Assembly: GCA_035655475.1 (NCBI GenBank)
Contig: DASRUK010000109.1
Span: 1 to 40,600 of the forward strand
Length of the DNA: 40,600 bases
Direction: 5' to 3'
Origin: Candidatus Nanoarchaeia archaeon
Lineage (GTDB): Archaea; Nanobdellota; Nanobdellia; Woesearchaeales; JACPBV01
The notes beneath the pieces were generated by a model that made no database searches, was not told the origin of the DNA, and saw only the letters and a program-made list of their open reading frames with translations. Below, piece after piece: positions 32,911-40,548 of the stretch. The stretch's first letter is position 1, and each line of letters starts with the position of its first letter. The position numbers and the translations under genes were made by a program.

Positions 32911-33861
32911 ATGAAGATATTTATAACAGGGATAACCGGATTTGTTGGAAGCCATATGGCTGAATTTCTGCTCAGGGAAAAGCACCAGATTTTCGGCCTA
33001 AAAAGATGGAGAAGCCCCCTGGACAATATTAAGGGAATATTAGATAAGGTTGAGCTAGCCGATGGAGACCTGAGGGATAGCAAAAGCATTTATGATATTA
33101 TCGCTGAGATTAAGCCAGACCGCATCTATCATCTGGCTGCTCAGTCCTATGTCCCTACAAGTTTTAAGGCGCCAAATGACACGATAGAGACAAACGTCAT
33201 GGGCACCATAAACTTGCTCGAAGCTGTCAGGCATGCTAAAATTGATCCAAGGATTCATATATGCTCATCCTCAGAGGTATATGGCCAGGTGACCGAAGGT
33301 GAGCTTCCGATAAAAGAGACTAATCCTCTAAGGCCTCAGAGCCCTTATGCAGTGAGCAAGGTTGGAGAAGATCTTATTTCCTTTCAATATTTCAAGAGCT
33401 ATGGACTTAAGTCAGTGAGAAGCAGGGCATTTACCCATACCGGCCCTAGGCGTGGAAGCGTATTTGCGCTGTCATCCTTTGCAAAACAGGTTGCGGAGAT
33501 TGAGAAAGGGCATCAAAAGCCAGTTATCCACGTTGGAAACCTTGAGAGTATAAGGACCTTCCTTGACATCAGGGACATGGTAAGAGCCTACTACCTTCTC
33601 CTTGAAAGATGCGAGCCAGGTGAAGTCTATAATATCGGCGGCAATGCAACTATGACTATAAGGGAGATGCTCGAAAAGCTCCTGACTTTTACTAAGGTTA
33701 AGCCGGAAATACGAGTTGAAAAAGAACTCCTAAGACCTTCAGATGTTACTCTCCAAATCCCGGACGTGTCCAAATTCAAGAAGGCCACTGGATGGGAACC
33801 GGATATTCCTTTCGATAAGACGATAAAGGATACTCTGGACTATTGGAGAGAGAATGTCTAA
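32911..33861 (+). CDS. GDP-mannose 4,6-dehydratase / Rmd-family extended SDR (NDP-hexose 4,6-dehydratase or 4-reductase)
   Basis: It has MKIFITGITGFVGSHMAEFLL, HLAAQSYVPTSF, SSSEVYG (Ser/Glu of the dehydratase-type triad) and PYAVSK (YxxxK). Overall colinearity is with short-form GMD/Rmd enzymes. Confidence 0.8.
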   Translation: MKIFITGITGFVGSHMAEFLLREKHQIFGLKRWRSPLDNIKGILDKVELADGDLRDSKSIYDIIAEIKPDRIYHLAAQSYVPTSFKAPNDTIETNVMGTINLLEAVRHAKIDPRIHICSSSEVYGQVTEGELPIKETNPLRPQSPYAVSKVGEDLISFQYFKSYGLKSVRSRAFTHTGPRRGSVFALSSFAKQVAEIEKGHQKPVIHVGNLESIRTFLDIRDMVRAYYLLLERCEPGEVYNIGGNATMTIREMLEKLLTFTKVKPEIRVEKELLRPSDVTLQIPDVSKFKKATGWEPDIPFDKTIKDTLDYWRENV

Positions 33862-35551
33862 AGAAAGAAACATAGTAGTTATTTTGTTGCTTTTGATCTT
33901 GGGGTTTAATTTATTCTATGCTGCATACAGAACAGTTTCGGTGGATGAAACAGCATATATCATACAGGGTTATCTGATACTGACCAAAGGTATTTTTTTC
34001 TCCGATGATACGATGCCTTTTGCTAAGGTTATCAGTGGACTACCCTTATTTTTGCTAAAGCCAAACATACCTTCAGGCTATTATGATCTATACCTGGATA
34101 ATGAGTTCATGAAACTTGGTGCTGATTTTCTTTACAAATCTAATTCCAATTCAGGAATTATGGTCTTTTTCGCAAGGATCTTCCCTTTGCTATTAAGTTT
34201 GCTTCTTGGCTTTTTTGTCTACAGATGGGCAAGCGACCTTTATGGCACCAAAGCAGGGATACTGTCCTTGATATTGTACACATTCAGTCCTAATATTCTT
34301 GCTGAATCCGCTTCAGCCACCTCTGACCTAGCAGCAGTATGCTTTATGTTCGGCTCAACTTACTTCTTATGGAGATATCTCAAGTTTGAGAAAAAGACAG
34401 ATTTGTTGGTTACATCCTTATTGTTTGGGCTTGCTCAAGTAACAAAATTGACTGCTTTGTTGTTGATACCTGTCTTTGTATTATTTCTGGCTTATCCTGC
34501 ATTTAAAGCAAGGTCGTTTGATAAGGCAAAAAAAGCGGCTATAGCATTTGCAGTTATCTTGGTTGCCTCATATATAATGATCAATATGGCATTCCTCTTC
34601 CAGGGCACATTTACTCCTCTGGGAAAAAGCCTTGCTGATGACCCGGTACACTACTTTGACAAGGCTAAATTCAATTCTGAATCGATATCTCAGGGCTTTC
34701 CTGCATGGGCAAGAAACGCAGGCTCTTATTATCTCAATAATGTTCCAACTTTCATCCCCTATCCTTATCTTAAGAATTTTATGGGAGCCGTTAGAAAATA
34801 TGAAAATCCAATCTTCCTGGGCGGCTATTTAAATGGGAAACTACATGAAAACGGAGATAATTATTTTTATTATCTTGAGAATTTCCTGCTTCGTACCCCC
34901 ATCGCCTTGATATTGCTTATCATCCTTTCGATTGCTCTGTCAAAAAAGTATACGGATAGTATAGGTGATAATATAATGCTTTTGATAATCCCTATTGCCC
35001 TCTTCCTGTATTTCAGTTCAGGGACAATGTGGGGCGGCATAAGATATCTTCTTCCGATATACCCTTTCATGTTTGTATTTGTGAGCAAACTTGCTAATTC
35101 AAGAGAAAAAAAGATAATTTTCCCAGTTATAGCGCTTGCTGCCTGGTTTGTCATGGGTTCGATCCTTGCTTTTCCCAGCCATCCTGCATATTTTAATGAA
35201 GCGGCTATTGGTGAAGGGCACTTCTTTTTGTCAGGTCCCAGCTTTGACGTTGGCCAGGACTTAAAAGCACTCGGCAACTATGCCAAGGCAAATAGCTTAA
35301 AGGGCTTGAAACTTGCCTACTTTGGGGAGGGCAGTCCAGACTATTACGGATTAAATTATTCGTACATTGCATACTATGGGAATTTGAAACAAAGCGTTGA
35401 AAATTGCAGCAGGCAGGAAGGGCTTGTTGCCATAAGCATTACCTACCTTCATCCAACCAAACAATTAAATAATCCTGATTGTTTCGATTGGCTTTCAGGA
35501 TATAAACCAGTTAAGAAGATAGGAAATACTATCTTTTTATACGAGGTCTAA
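33854..35551 (+). CDS. GT-C glycosyltransferase of the ArnT/PMT (GT39/GT83-like, PMT_2) type
   Basis: A 565-aa ORF overlapping the upstream gene by 8 nt. The first extracytoplasmic loop has the acidic DE motif (VSVDETAYI). It has ~12 TM segments and a C-terminal soluble domain. Confidence 0.8.
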   Translation: MSKERNIVVILLLLILGFNLFYAAYRTVSVDETAYIIQGYLILTKGIFFSDDTMPFAKVISGLPLFLLKPNIPSGYYDLYLDNEFMKLGADFLYKSNSNSGIMVFFARIFPLLLSLLLGFFVYRWASDLYGTKAGILSLILYTFSPNILAESASATSDLAAVCFMFGSTYFLWRYLKFEKKTDLLVTSLLFGLAQVTKLTALLLIPVFVLFLAYPAFKARSFDKAKKAAIAFAVILVASYIMINMAFLFQGTFTPLGKSLADDPVHYFDKAKFNSESISQGFPAWARNAGSYYLNNVPTFIPYPYLKNFMGAVRKYENPIFLGGYLNGKLHENGDNYFYYLENFLLRTPIALILLIILSIALSKKYTDSIGDNIMLLIIPIALFLYFSSGTMWGGIRYLLPIYPFMFVFVSKLANSREKKIIFPVIALAAWFVMGSILAFPSHPAYFNEAAIGEGHFFLSGPSFDVGQDLKALGNYAKANSLKGLKLAYFGEGSPDYYGLNYSYIAYYGNLKQSVENCSRQEGLVAISITYLHPTKQLNNPDCFDWLSGYKPVKKIGNTIFLYEV

Positions 35552-35552
35552 G

Positions 35553-36668
35553 ATGAAAATACCCGTATGTGAGCCAAAACTGTCCGGAAATGAGCTAAAC
35601 TATGTTACAGACTGCATAAAGACAGGATGGATATCCTCTCTTGGAGATTATATCGCCAAGTTTGAGGATAAGTTCAGATCGTTCACTGGCTCAAAGCATG
35701 CGATAACCTGTTCTAACGGCACTGCTGCTTTGCATCTTGCTCTTCAAGCCCTGGGCATAGGAAGAGGAGACGAGGTGATAATACCTGATCTCACTATGAT
35801 AGCTGTTCCTTACTCAGTGATATATACAAATGCAAGACCTGTCCTTGTCGATGCCGAGATGGACACATGGAATATCGATCCCGAAAAGATTGAAAGCAAG
35901 ATAACAGGCAAGACCAAAGCAATCATCGCCGTGCATACATATGGGCATCCTGTCGATATGGATCCGGTATTGGAAATCGCAAAGAAGCATGGCATCTATG
36001 TCATCGAAGACTGTGCTGAGGCTCACGGAGCTCTGTATAAGGGAAAAAAGGTGGGGTCAATTGGAGATATCGGCTGCTTTAGTTTTTATGCAAACAAGAT
36101 CTTGACAACAGGTGAAGGAGGCATGGTTGTCACTGATGATGCCTCTGTTGAAAAGAAGATAAAACTGATAAAGAATATGGCTTTTGCTGAGCCGAGATTC
36201 TCACACTTTGAGATTGGATTTAATTATAGGATGACAAATCTGCAGGCAGCAATTGGCCTTGCACAGATGGAAAACGCTGAAGAGCTGATAGATGAAAGGA
36301 TGAAGGTCTGCAGGATTTATGATTCTTTGTTTAAAAATATCCCCGGGATAGTCAGACCGCCGCAGAACGCATGGGCAAAGAATGTCTACTGGCTTTATTC
36401 CATGCTTATTGATGATTCGTTCGGCGCAAGCAGGGACGAGGTTAAAAGAAAGCTTATGGAAAAAGGGATCGATACCAGGAACTTTTTTACACCGATGCAT
36501 CGGCAACCCTTATTCATGAAAAAAGACGAACGGTTTCCTGCCACAAGTGGACTTTTCCCTGTTGCAGACAAGCTGTCCAGAACAGGTATCCAGCTTCCTT
36601 CAGGGGATAACTTGAGTAAAGAGCAAGTCCAGACAGTAGTTGAGGAGATTCTATCACTGGCAAAATGA
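35553..36668 (+). CDS. DegT/DnrJ/EryC1-family PLP sugar aminotransferase (ArnB/perosamine-synthase-like), second copy in the window
   Basis: It has GDYIAKFEDKF, GDEVIIPDLTMIA, and the active-site region CFSFYANKILTTGEGGMV. A GAGGT Shine-Dalgarno-like motif lies at 35543-35547. Confidence 0.9.
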   Translation: MKIPVCEPKLSGNELNYVTDCIKTGWISSLGDYIAKFEDKFRSFTGSKHAITCSNGTAALHLALQALGIGRGDEVIIPDLTMIAVPYSVIYTNARPVLVDAEMDTWNIDPEKIESKITGKTKAIIAVHTYGHPVDMDPVLEIAKKHGIYVIEDCAEAHGALYKGKKVGSIGDIGCFSFYANKILTTGEGGMVVTDDASVEKKIKLIKNMAFAEPRFSHFEIGFNYRMTNLQAAIGLAQMENAEELIDERMKVCRIYDSLFKNIPGIVRPPQNAWAKNVYWLYSMLIDDSFGASRDEVKRKLMEKGIDTRNFFTPMHRQPLFMKKDERFPATSGLFPVADKLSRTGIQLPSGDNLSKEQVQTVVEEILSLAK

Positions 36669-37372
36669 AAAGCATATCAGTGATCCTGCCGACATATGAA
36701 GAAAAAGATAATATTAAAGACATGATACAAAGGATAAAAAGAAGCGCAGGTAATCTAAAGGAGATAATCGTTGTTGACGATAACAGCCCGGATCTGACAT
36801 GGAAACTCGTGTCAGAGCTGGCAAAAAGAGATAAGAAGATAAAGCTGATAAGAAGGATAGATGAGAGGGGAATAGCCTCTGCTATAGGCAAAGGCATCAA
36901 AGCTGCCACTGGCGACATCATCATTTGGATGGATTGTGACTCAACCCAGCCCCCGGAACTGATTCCAAGGCTTGTTGAGAGGCTTGATCACTATGGCCTC
37001 GCCATTGCTTCAAGATATGTGGGGATTGGTAGCGATAAAAGGACCATGACGCGCATAGTCACAAGCAAGCTTTTTAACATTTTTGCGTCTTTTGTGCTTT
37101 GGCTTCCGATAAAAGATACAGACAGCGGATTTATTGCTGTAAACAGGAAAGTGTTTGATGCAGTGCCTTTTCCAGCATATGGTTATGGCGAATATTTTGT
37201 CGAGTTCATCTATAAGTGTCATAAAAAAGGGATAAGGATGACAGAGGTAGGCTATGAGTTCAGGGACAGGTCAAGGGGCAGGTCAAAGACCGCAGATGAT
37301 ATTCCTACTCTGCTAAGATATGGCTGGCAATATGGGATCAAAGTTTTGAAACTGAGGGCAGGATTGATATGA
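36665..37372 (+). CDS. GT2 polyprenyl-phosphate glycosyltransferase (Dpm1/ArnC-like)
   Basis: It has ISVILPTYEEKDNI...IIVVDDNSPDLT...WMDCDSTQPP. The protein is 235 aa and soluble-type, with a 4-nt overlap with the upstream gene. Confidence 0.85.
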   Translation: MKSISVILPTYEEKDNIKDMIQRIKRSAGNLKEIIVVDDNSPDLTWKLVSELAKRDKKIKLIRRIDERGIASAIGKGIKAATGDIIIWMDCDSTQPPELIPRLVERLDHYGLAIASRYVGIGSDKRTMTRIVTSKLFNIFASFVLWLPIKDTDSGFIAVNRKVFDAVPFPAYGYGEYFVEFIYKCHKKGIRMTEVGYEFRDRSRGRSKTADDIPTLLRYGWQYGIKVLKLRAGLI

Positions 37373-37725
37373 AAATAATTGATGTACCTTTTGAGCATAG
37401 TGATGAGAGGGGAATTTTCAGGGAGCTGGCAAGAGGCGATAAATGGAAGGAGATAAACGTCGCCGAGAGAAAAAAAGGGATAACCAGCGGCAACCATTAT
37501 CATAAGGTAAAGGATGAGCTGTTCTATGTGTACAGGGGAAGGTGTCATCTGCGCGTCCTTAACTTCAAGACTGGCAAAGAGGATAACTATGATTTTAAGG
37601 AGAATGATATGTTTGTTTTAGAGCCATATGAGATGCATGAATTTTCATACTCTGAAGATACCCTGTTTGTGATACTTCTCTCGCTTGCCTTTGAGCAAGG
37701 CAATTCTGACACATACACCTTGTGA
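37369..37725 (+). CDS. Small cupin-fold protein, sugar-nucleotide ketoisomerase/epimerase-like (WxcM/FdtA-like)
   Basis: A 118-aa ORF with a 4-nt overlap. It has HSDERGIFRE......GNHYHK...ELFYVYRGRCHL, which resembles cupin sugar isomerases. Specificity is unknown. Confidence 0.55.
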   Translation: MKIIDVPFEHSDERGIFRELARGDKWKEINVAERKKGITSGNHYHKVKDELFYVYRGRCHLRVLNFKTGKEDNYDFKENDMFVLEPYEMHEFSYSEDTLFVILLSLAFEQGNSDTYTL

Positions 37726-37746
37726 TAGAACTATTTTAAAACTATT

Positions 37747-39171
37747 CTACAACTGGGTGATTGCCCTAAATCCTCGCCACATTCTCTTCATATCCTCTAT
37801 GCTCCTTATATTTGCAAGCTGTTTTGCGATATATTTCGGCCTAAGATAATACTCCTTGTAGGATTTATCGAGGAATTTTGCATATTCTTGCTTATCTACA
37901 GAACTTGGAGCATAGATGACCTCTGAATGATCAAGTTGTGAGCAATATTTTTCGATATCAAACTTATAGCCCTCTTTTAGCAGGTTATGATAAAGCTCTG
38001 TGCCGGGTAGTGGGGTGAATTTGTTGAAATGTGCAAAGTCACTATTGATCTTTTTGGCAAACTCAAGCGTTTGTCTCATCGTTTCCATTGTTTCCATGGG
38101 CGTTCCGCAAAGATAGTCTATCCTCATGCTAAGTCCGACCTTTCTGCATAAGTCAGCAGCCCTTTGGTTGTCCTGTATAGTTGTCCCTTTCTTAAGCGAG
38201 GCAAGTACCTGAGGATTGCCGCTTTCAAATCCAAAAAGGACCTGCCAGCATCCTGCATTTTTCATTGCCGTAAGCATCTCCTCATCCACCCTGTTGGCTT
38301 TTGTTAGGCAAGTCCAGGGGATATTTATGCCTCTCTCCTTCATCAATGCAAAGATGGAATAAAGCCTCTTTTTGTTCAAGGTAAAAGTGTCGTCAAAAAA
38401 TTTGATTTCCTTTATCTTATATTTGTTGACGAGCTCTTCGACCTCAGCAACGACATTTTCAGGGCTTCTTTCCCTGTATGTCGAACCGAATATTGAGCGG
38501 TCGCAGAATGTGCATAGGCTTGGGCATCCCCTTGACGTCATCATGTGGGTAGCTGGAAGTTTTCTATAAGAAGCTGGAGTTGGCCTATATTTTGAAAGTG
38601 GAGGCAGAAGATGCCTGGCGGGAAAAGGAAGCTCATCCAGGTTCTTGATAAATTCCCTCCTTTCGTTGATGACTACATGGCCGCCTTTCTTGAAAGCAAG
38701 GCCTTTGATCTGGGCAAGATTGGCAGAGTTGTTCTTTTCATGATCATTAACAAAGTCCAAAAAAGTGTATTCTCCCTCTCCGATGATTGCAGCATCAAAA
38801 CATTCTGCCTGCAGTGTCTGTGCAGGAAGGGCAGTGACATGGCTCCCACCCACCACGACCAAGGTATCTGGAAGCTCTTTCTTGATATTCTGGGCGATTT
38901 TTTTTACCATGCCGAGCATTGGGGTTAAGATAGACATCCCGACAACATCCGGCTTCTGCCTTATTGCTTCCTTGATAACAGTTTCATAAGTCATATCCAG
39001 TTGGCCTTCGATGATACTTACATCATATCCGTTTTTCTCAAGTACGGCCGCTATATAACAAAGGCCCAGCGGCGGGATAATATTTAGCACAGCTTTCATG
39101 CTTTCTGTCTTGCCCGCGCTTTCCTCTTCTCCAAAAGGCGGTGAAATCAACACTATCTTAGTCATCTTCAC
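37747..39171 (-). CDS. Class B (B12-binding domain) radical SAM enzyme
   Basis: A 474-aa ORF. The N-terminal B12-binding-like Rossmann domain has IVLISPP...VVGMSILTP...VVVGGSHVTALP. The radical SAM cluster motif C-x3-C-x2-C occurs in RGCPSLCTFCDRS. Confidence 0.9.
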   Translation of the reverse strand: MKMTKIVLISPPFGEEESAGKTESMKAVLNIIPPLGLCYIAAVLEKNGYDVSIIEGQLDMTYETVIKEAIRQKPDVVGMSILTPMLGMVKKIAQNIKKELPDTLVVVGGSHVTALPAQTLQAECFDAAIIGEGEYTFLDFVNDHEKNNSANLAQIKGLAFKKGGHVVINERREFIKNLDELPFPARHLLPPLSKYRPTPASYRKLPATHMMTSRGCPSLCTFCDRSIFGSTYRERSPENVVAEVEELVNKYKIKEIKFFDDTFTLNKKRLYSIFALMKERGINIPWTCLTKANRVDEEMLTAMKNAGCWQVLFGFESGNPQVLASLKKGTTIQDNQRAADLCRKVGLSMRIDYLCGTPMETMETMRQTLEFAKKINSDFAHFNKFTPLPGTELYHNLLKEGYKFDIEKYCSQLDHSEVIYAPSSVDKQEYAKFLDKSYKEYYLRPKYIAKQLANIRSIEDMKRMWRGFRAITQL

Positions 39172-40324
39172 TAACCTCCCTCACTATGCGGTTCTTTACA
39201 GCGATCTTTTTTTCCTGAAGTAAGCCGATTATCTCCTTATATACATGATCAGCGCTAATTTTTCTCATGCATTCGATATCTTTATCACAATTTTGTTTGT
39301 AGCAGGGCGCGCAATCAAGGTCAGACATAATTCTCCTTCCATCCCCATACAGCTCTATCTCATTAGGATTAACGCATCCGAAAATAGCTATCACCAGCCT
39401 GTTTTGTGCGACAGCTATATGCACTGCAGAGGTATCTCCTGATACTATCAGGTCGCAGCTGCCGACAAGCGCTGCAAAATCGTCGATTGGATGGACTCCT
39501 CCGTTGATGATCGGAACCTGGCTTTTCAGTGCTATTTCTCGATTCTTCTCCTGCTCTGAAGGGCCGCCTAGCAATATTACTCTTGCATTAAGGTTATTAT
39601 AAAGCAGCTCTGCAAGCCCGACAAAGCCTTCTATTGTCCATTCCCTGTTTGGAAAGACTCTTTTTGAGCATCCTGTGTTAAATCCAACAACCAAGTCCTC
39701 GCTTTTAATGTTATTTTTTACCAGAAACTTTTTGGCGTTATCTAATGCTTCCTTTGAGAGGATCAAGGTTGGTCTTTGGCCATTATACTCCATCTCACTG
39801 ATCTCAAACATAAGCTGCTGCTGGGTTTTTTTATTCGCTATCTTCAGCTCATCAGAAAGGCCCATATCCATTGCAGCCTGCGATCCAGGGTTCATGGCAA
39901 AGATAAGTCCATCTTCCTTAAGCCCAAAACCTAGCTTGGTGTCAGCCCTGATCAGGCAGGAAAGGGCTGCCGCTTCAGCAGATTTGTCAAGATTGATCAA
40001 GACATCAAACTTGGAAGCTTGTAGTCTCAGGGAGCTCTCAAGGTTTAAAGCCAGCAGTTCGTCGATTAAGGGATTATTTTTTAGCAGATCATAGACATTC
40101 TGGGAAGTCAGGAATACTATGCTTGCACCTTCATATTTGGCCTTGAGCGGTTCAAGCAAGGACGTGGTCCTAAGGACATCTCCAATACCAACCAGATTTA
40201 TCACTAGTATCCGGGTTTTGACTCCATCATAGAACCTGCAGCTGGCGCACACAGAACCGTCGGACTTATGATAAGCACATGGCTTGCTTCCTTTAAAAAA
40301 CCTGCAATCCCTTTTGGTCTCCAT
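39158..40324 (-). CDS. GT9-family (heptosyltransferase-like) glycosyltransferase with Cys-rich N-terminal extension and C-terminal Cys cluster
   Basis: The GT9 core has ILVINLVGIGDVLRTTSLLEPLK and SGDTSAVHIAVAQN..VIAIFG. The N-terminus reads C-x9-C-x10-C-x2-C (CRFFKGSKPCAYHKSDGSVCASC). The C-terminus is CAPCYKQNCDKDIEC. It overlaps the downstream rSAM gene by 14 nt. Confidence 0.85.
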   Translation of the reverse strand: METKRDCRFFKGSKPCAYHKSDGSVCASCRFYDGVKTRILVINLVGIGDVLRTTSLLEPLKAKYEGASIVFLTSQNVYDLLKNNPLIDELLALNLESSLRLQASKFDVLINLDKSAEAAALSCLIRADTKLGFGLKEDGLIFAMNPGSQAAMDMGLSDELKIANKKTQQQLMFEISEMEYNGQRPTLILSKEALDNAKKFLVKNNIKSEDLVVGFNTGCSKRVFPNREWTIEGFVGLAELLYNNLNARVILLGGPSEQEKNREIALKSQVPIINGGVHPIDDFAALVGSCDLIVSGDTSAVHIAVAQNRLVIAIFGCVNPNEIELYGDGRRIMSDLDCAPCYKQNCDKDIECMRKISADHVYKEIIGLLQEKKIAVKNRIVREVSEDD

Positions 40325-40357
40325 CTGCTTGCACCCTTAAGGGGAGAGAAGAAGGTC

Positions 40358-40370
40358 TGTTTAAATAATT
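40358..40370 (-). promoter_or_regulatory. TATA-box-like element (TTTAAATAA) for the GT9-rSAM operon
   Basis: The TTTAAA centre lies ~38.5 nt from ATG 40324. The implied short leader carries a GGGTG Shine-Dalgarno-like motif (complement of 40332-40336) 7 nt before the ATG. Confidence 0.4.
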
Positions 40371-40508
40371 TTGTTTTTTGTGTGCAAGCGAAAATTGACT
40401 CTTGCAAAAGACCCGCAGCCAGGACAAAAATCAGCGATAAGGATCATCCATCACAAAACAGTAATCGTTTAGCTTTATCCCACTAATTCTAATTATATAC
40501 TTGAGCAC

Positions 40509-40524
40509 CGAAATATTTATTTAG
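40509..40524 (+). promoter_or_regulatory. TATA-like element (CGAAATATTTATTTAG) for the partial ORF at 40549
   Basis: An AT-rich box centred ~31 nt upstream of ATG 40549. Confidence 0.35.
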
Positions 40525-40529
40525 TTCTT

Positions 40530-40548
40530 GTAGTTACATTGTAACTAC
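40530..40548. promoter_or_regulatory. Perfect 9+1+9 palindrome GTAGTTACA-T-TGTAACTAC, operator-like, between the TATA box and the start codon
   Basis: Read directly from the sequence. The palindrome ends at the nucleotide before ATG 40549. Confidence 0.4.

Noticed and set aside
37726-37746. The 21-nt convergent spacer between the cupin and rSAM genes, inspected for a bidirectional hairpin terminator.
   Set aside because: It contains only a direct repeat (ACTATT twice) and a TTTTAAAA core. No stem can be drawn, so at most it holds weak T4 tracts on both strands.
26799-40094. Other long shadow ORFs: 26799-27239 (+), 34870-35277 (-), 36514-36924 (-), 38611-38928 (+), 39675-40094 (+).
   Set aside because: Each is nested antisense within a CDS that has strong family motifs (Wzx, ArnT-like, DegT/GT2, rSAM, GT9). 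None has independent support.
40204-40486. ORFs of 67 aa (minus, 40204-40407) and 72 aa (plus, 40268-40486) around the GT9 start.
   Set aside because: Both overlap the GT9 N-terminus and its promoter, and lack motifs and start context. The ~220-nt region 40325-40548 is treated as intergenic. I saw no tRNA-like or other recognisable RNA structure there.
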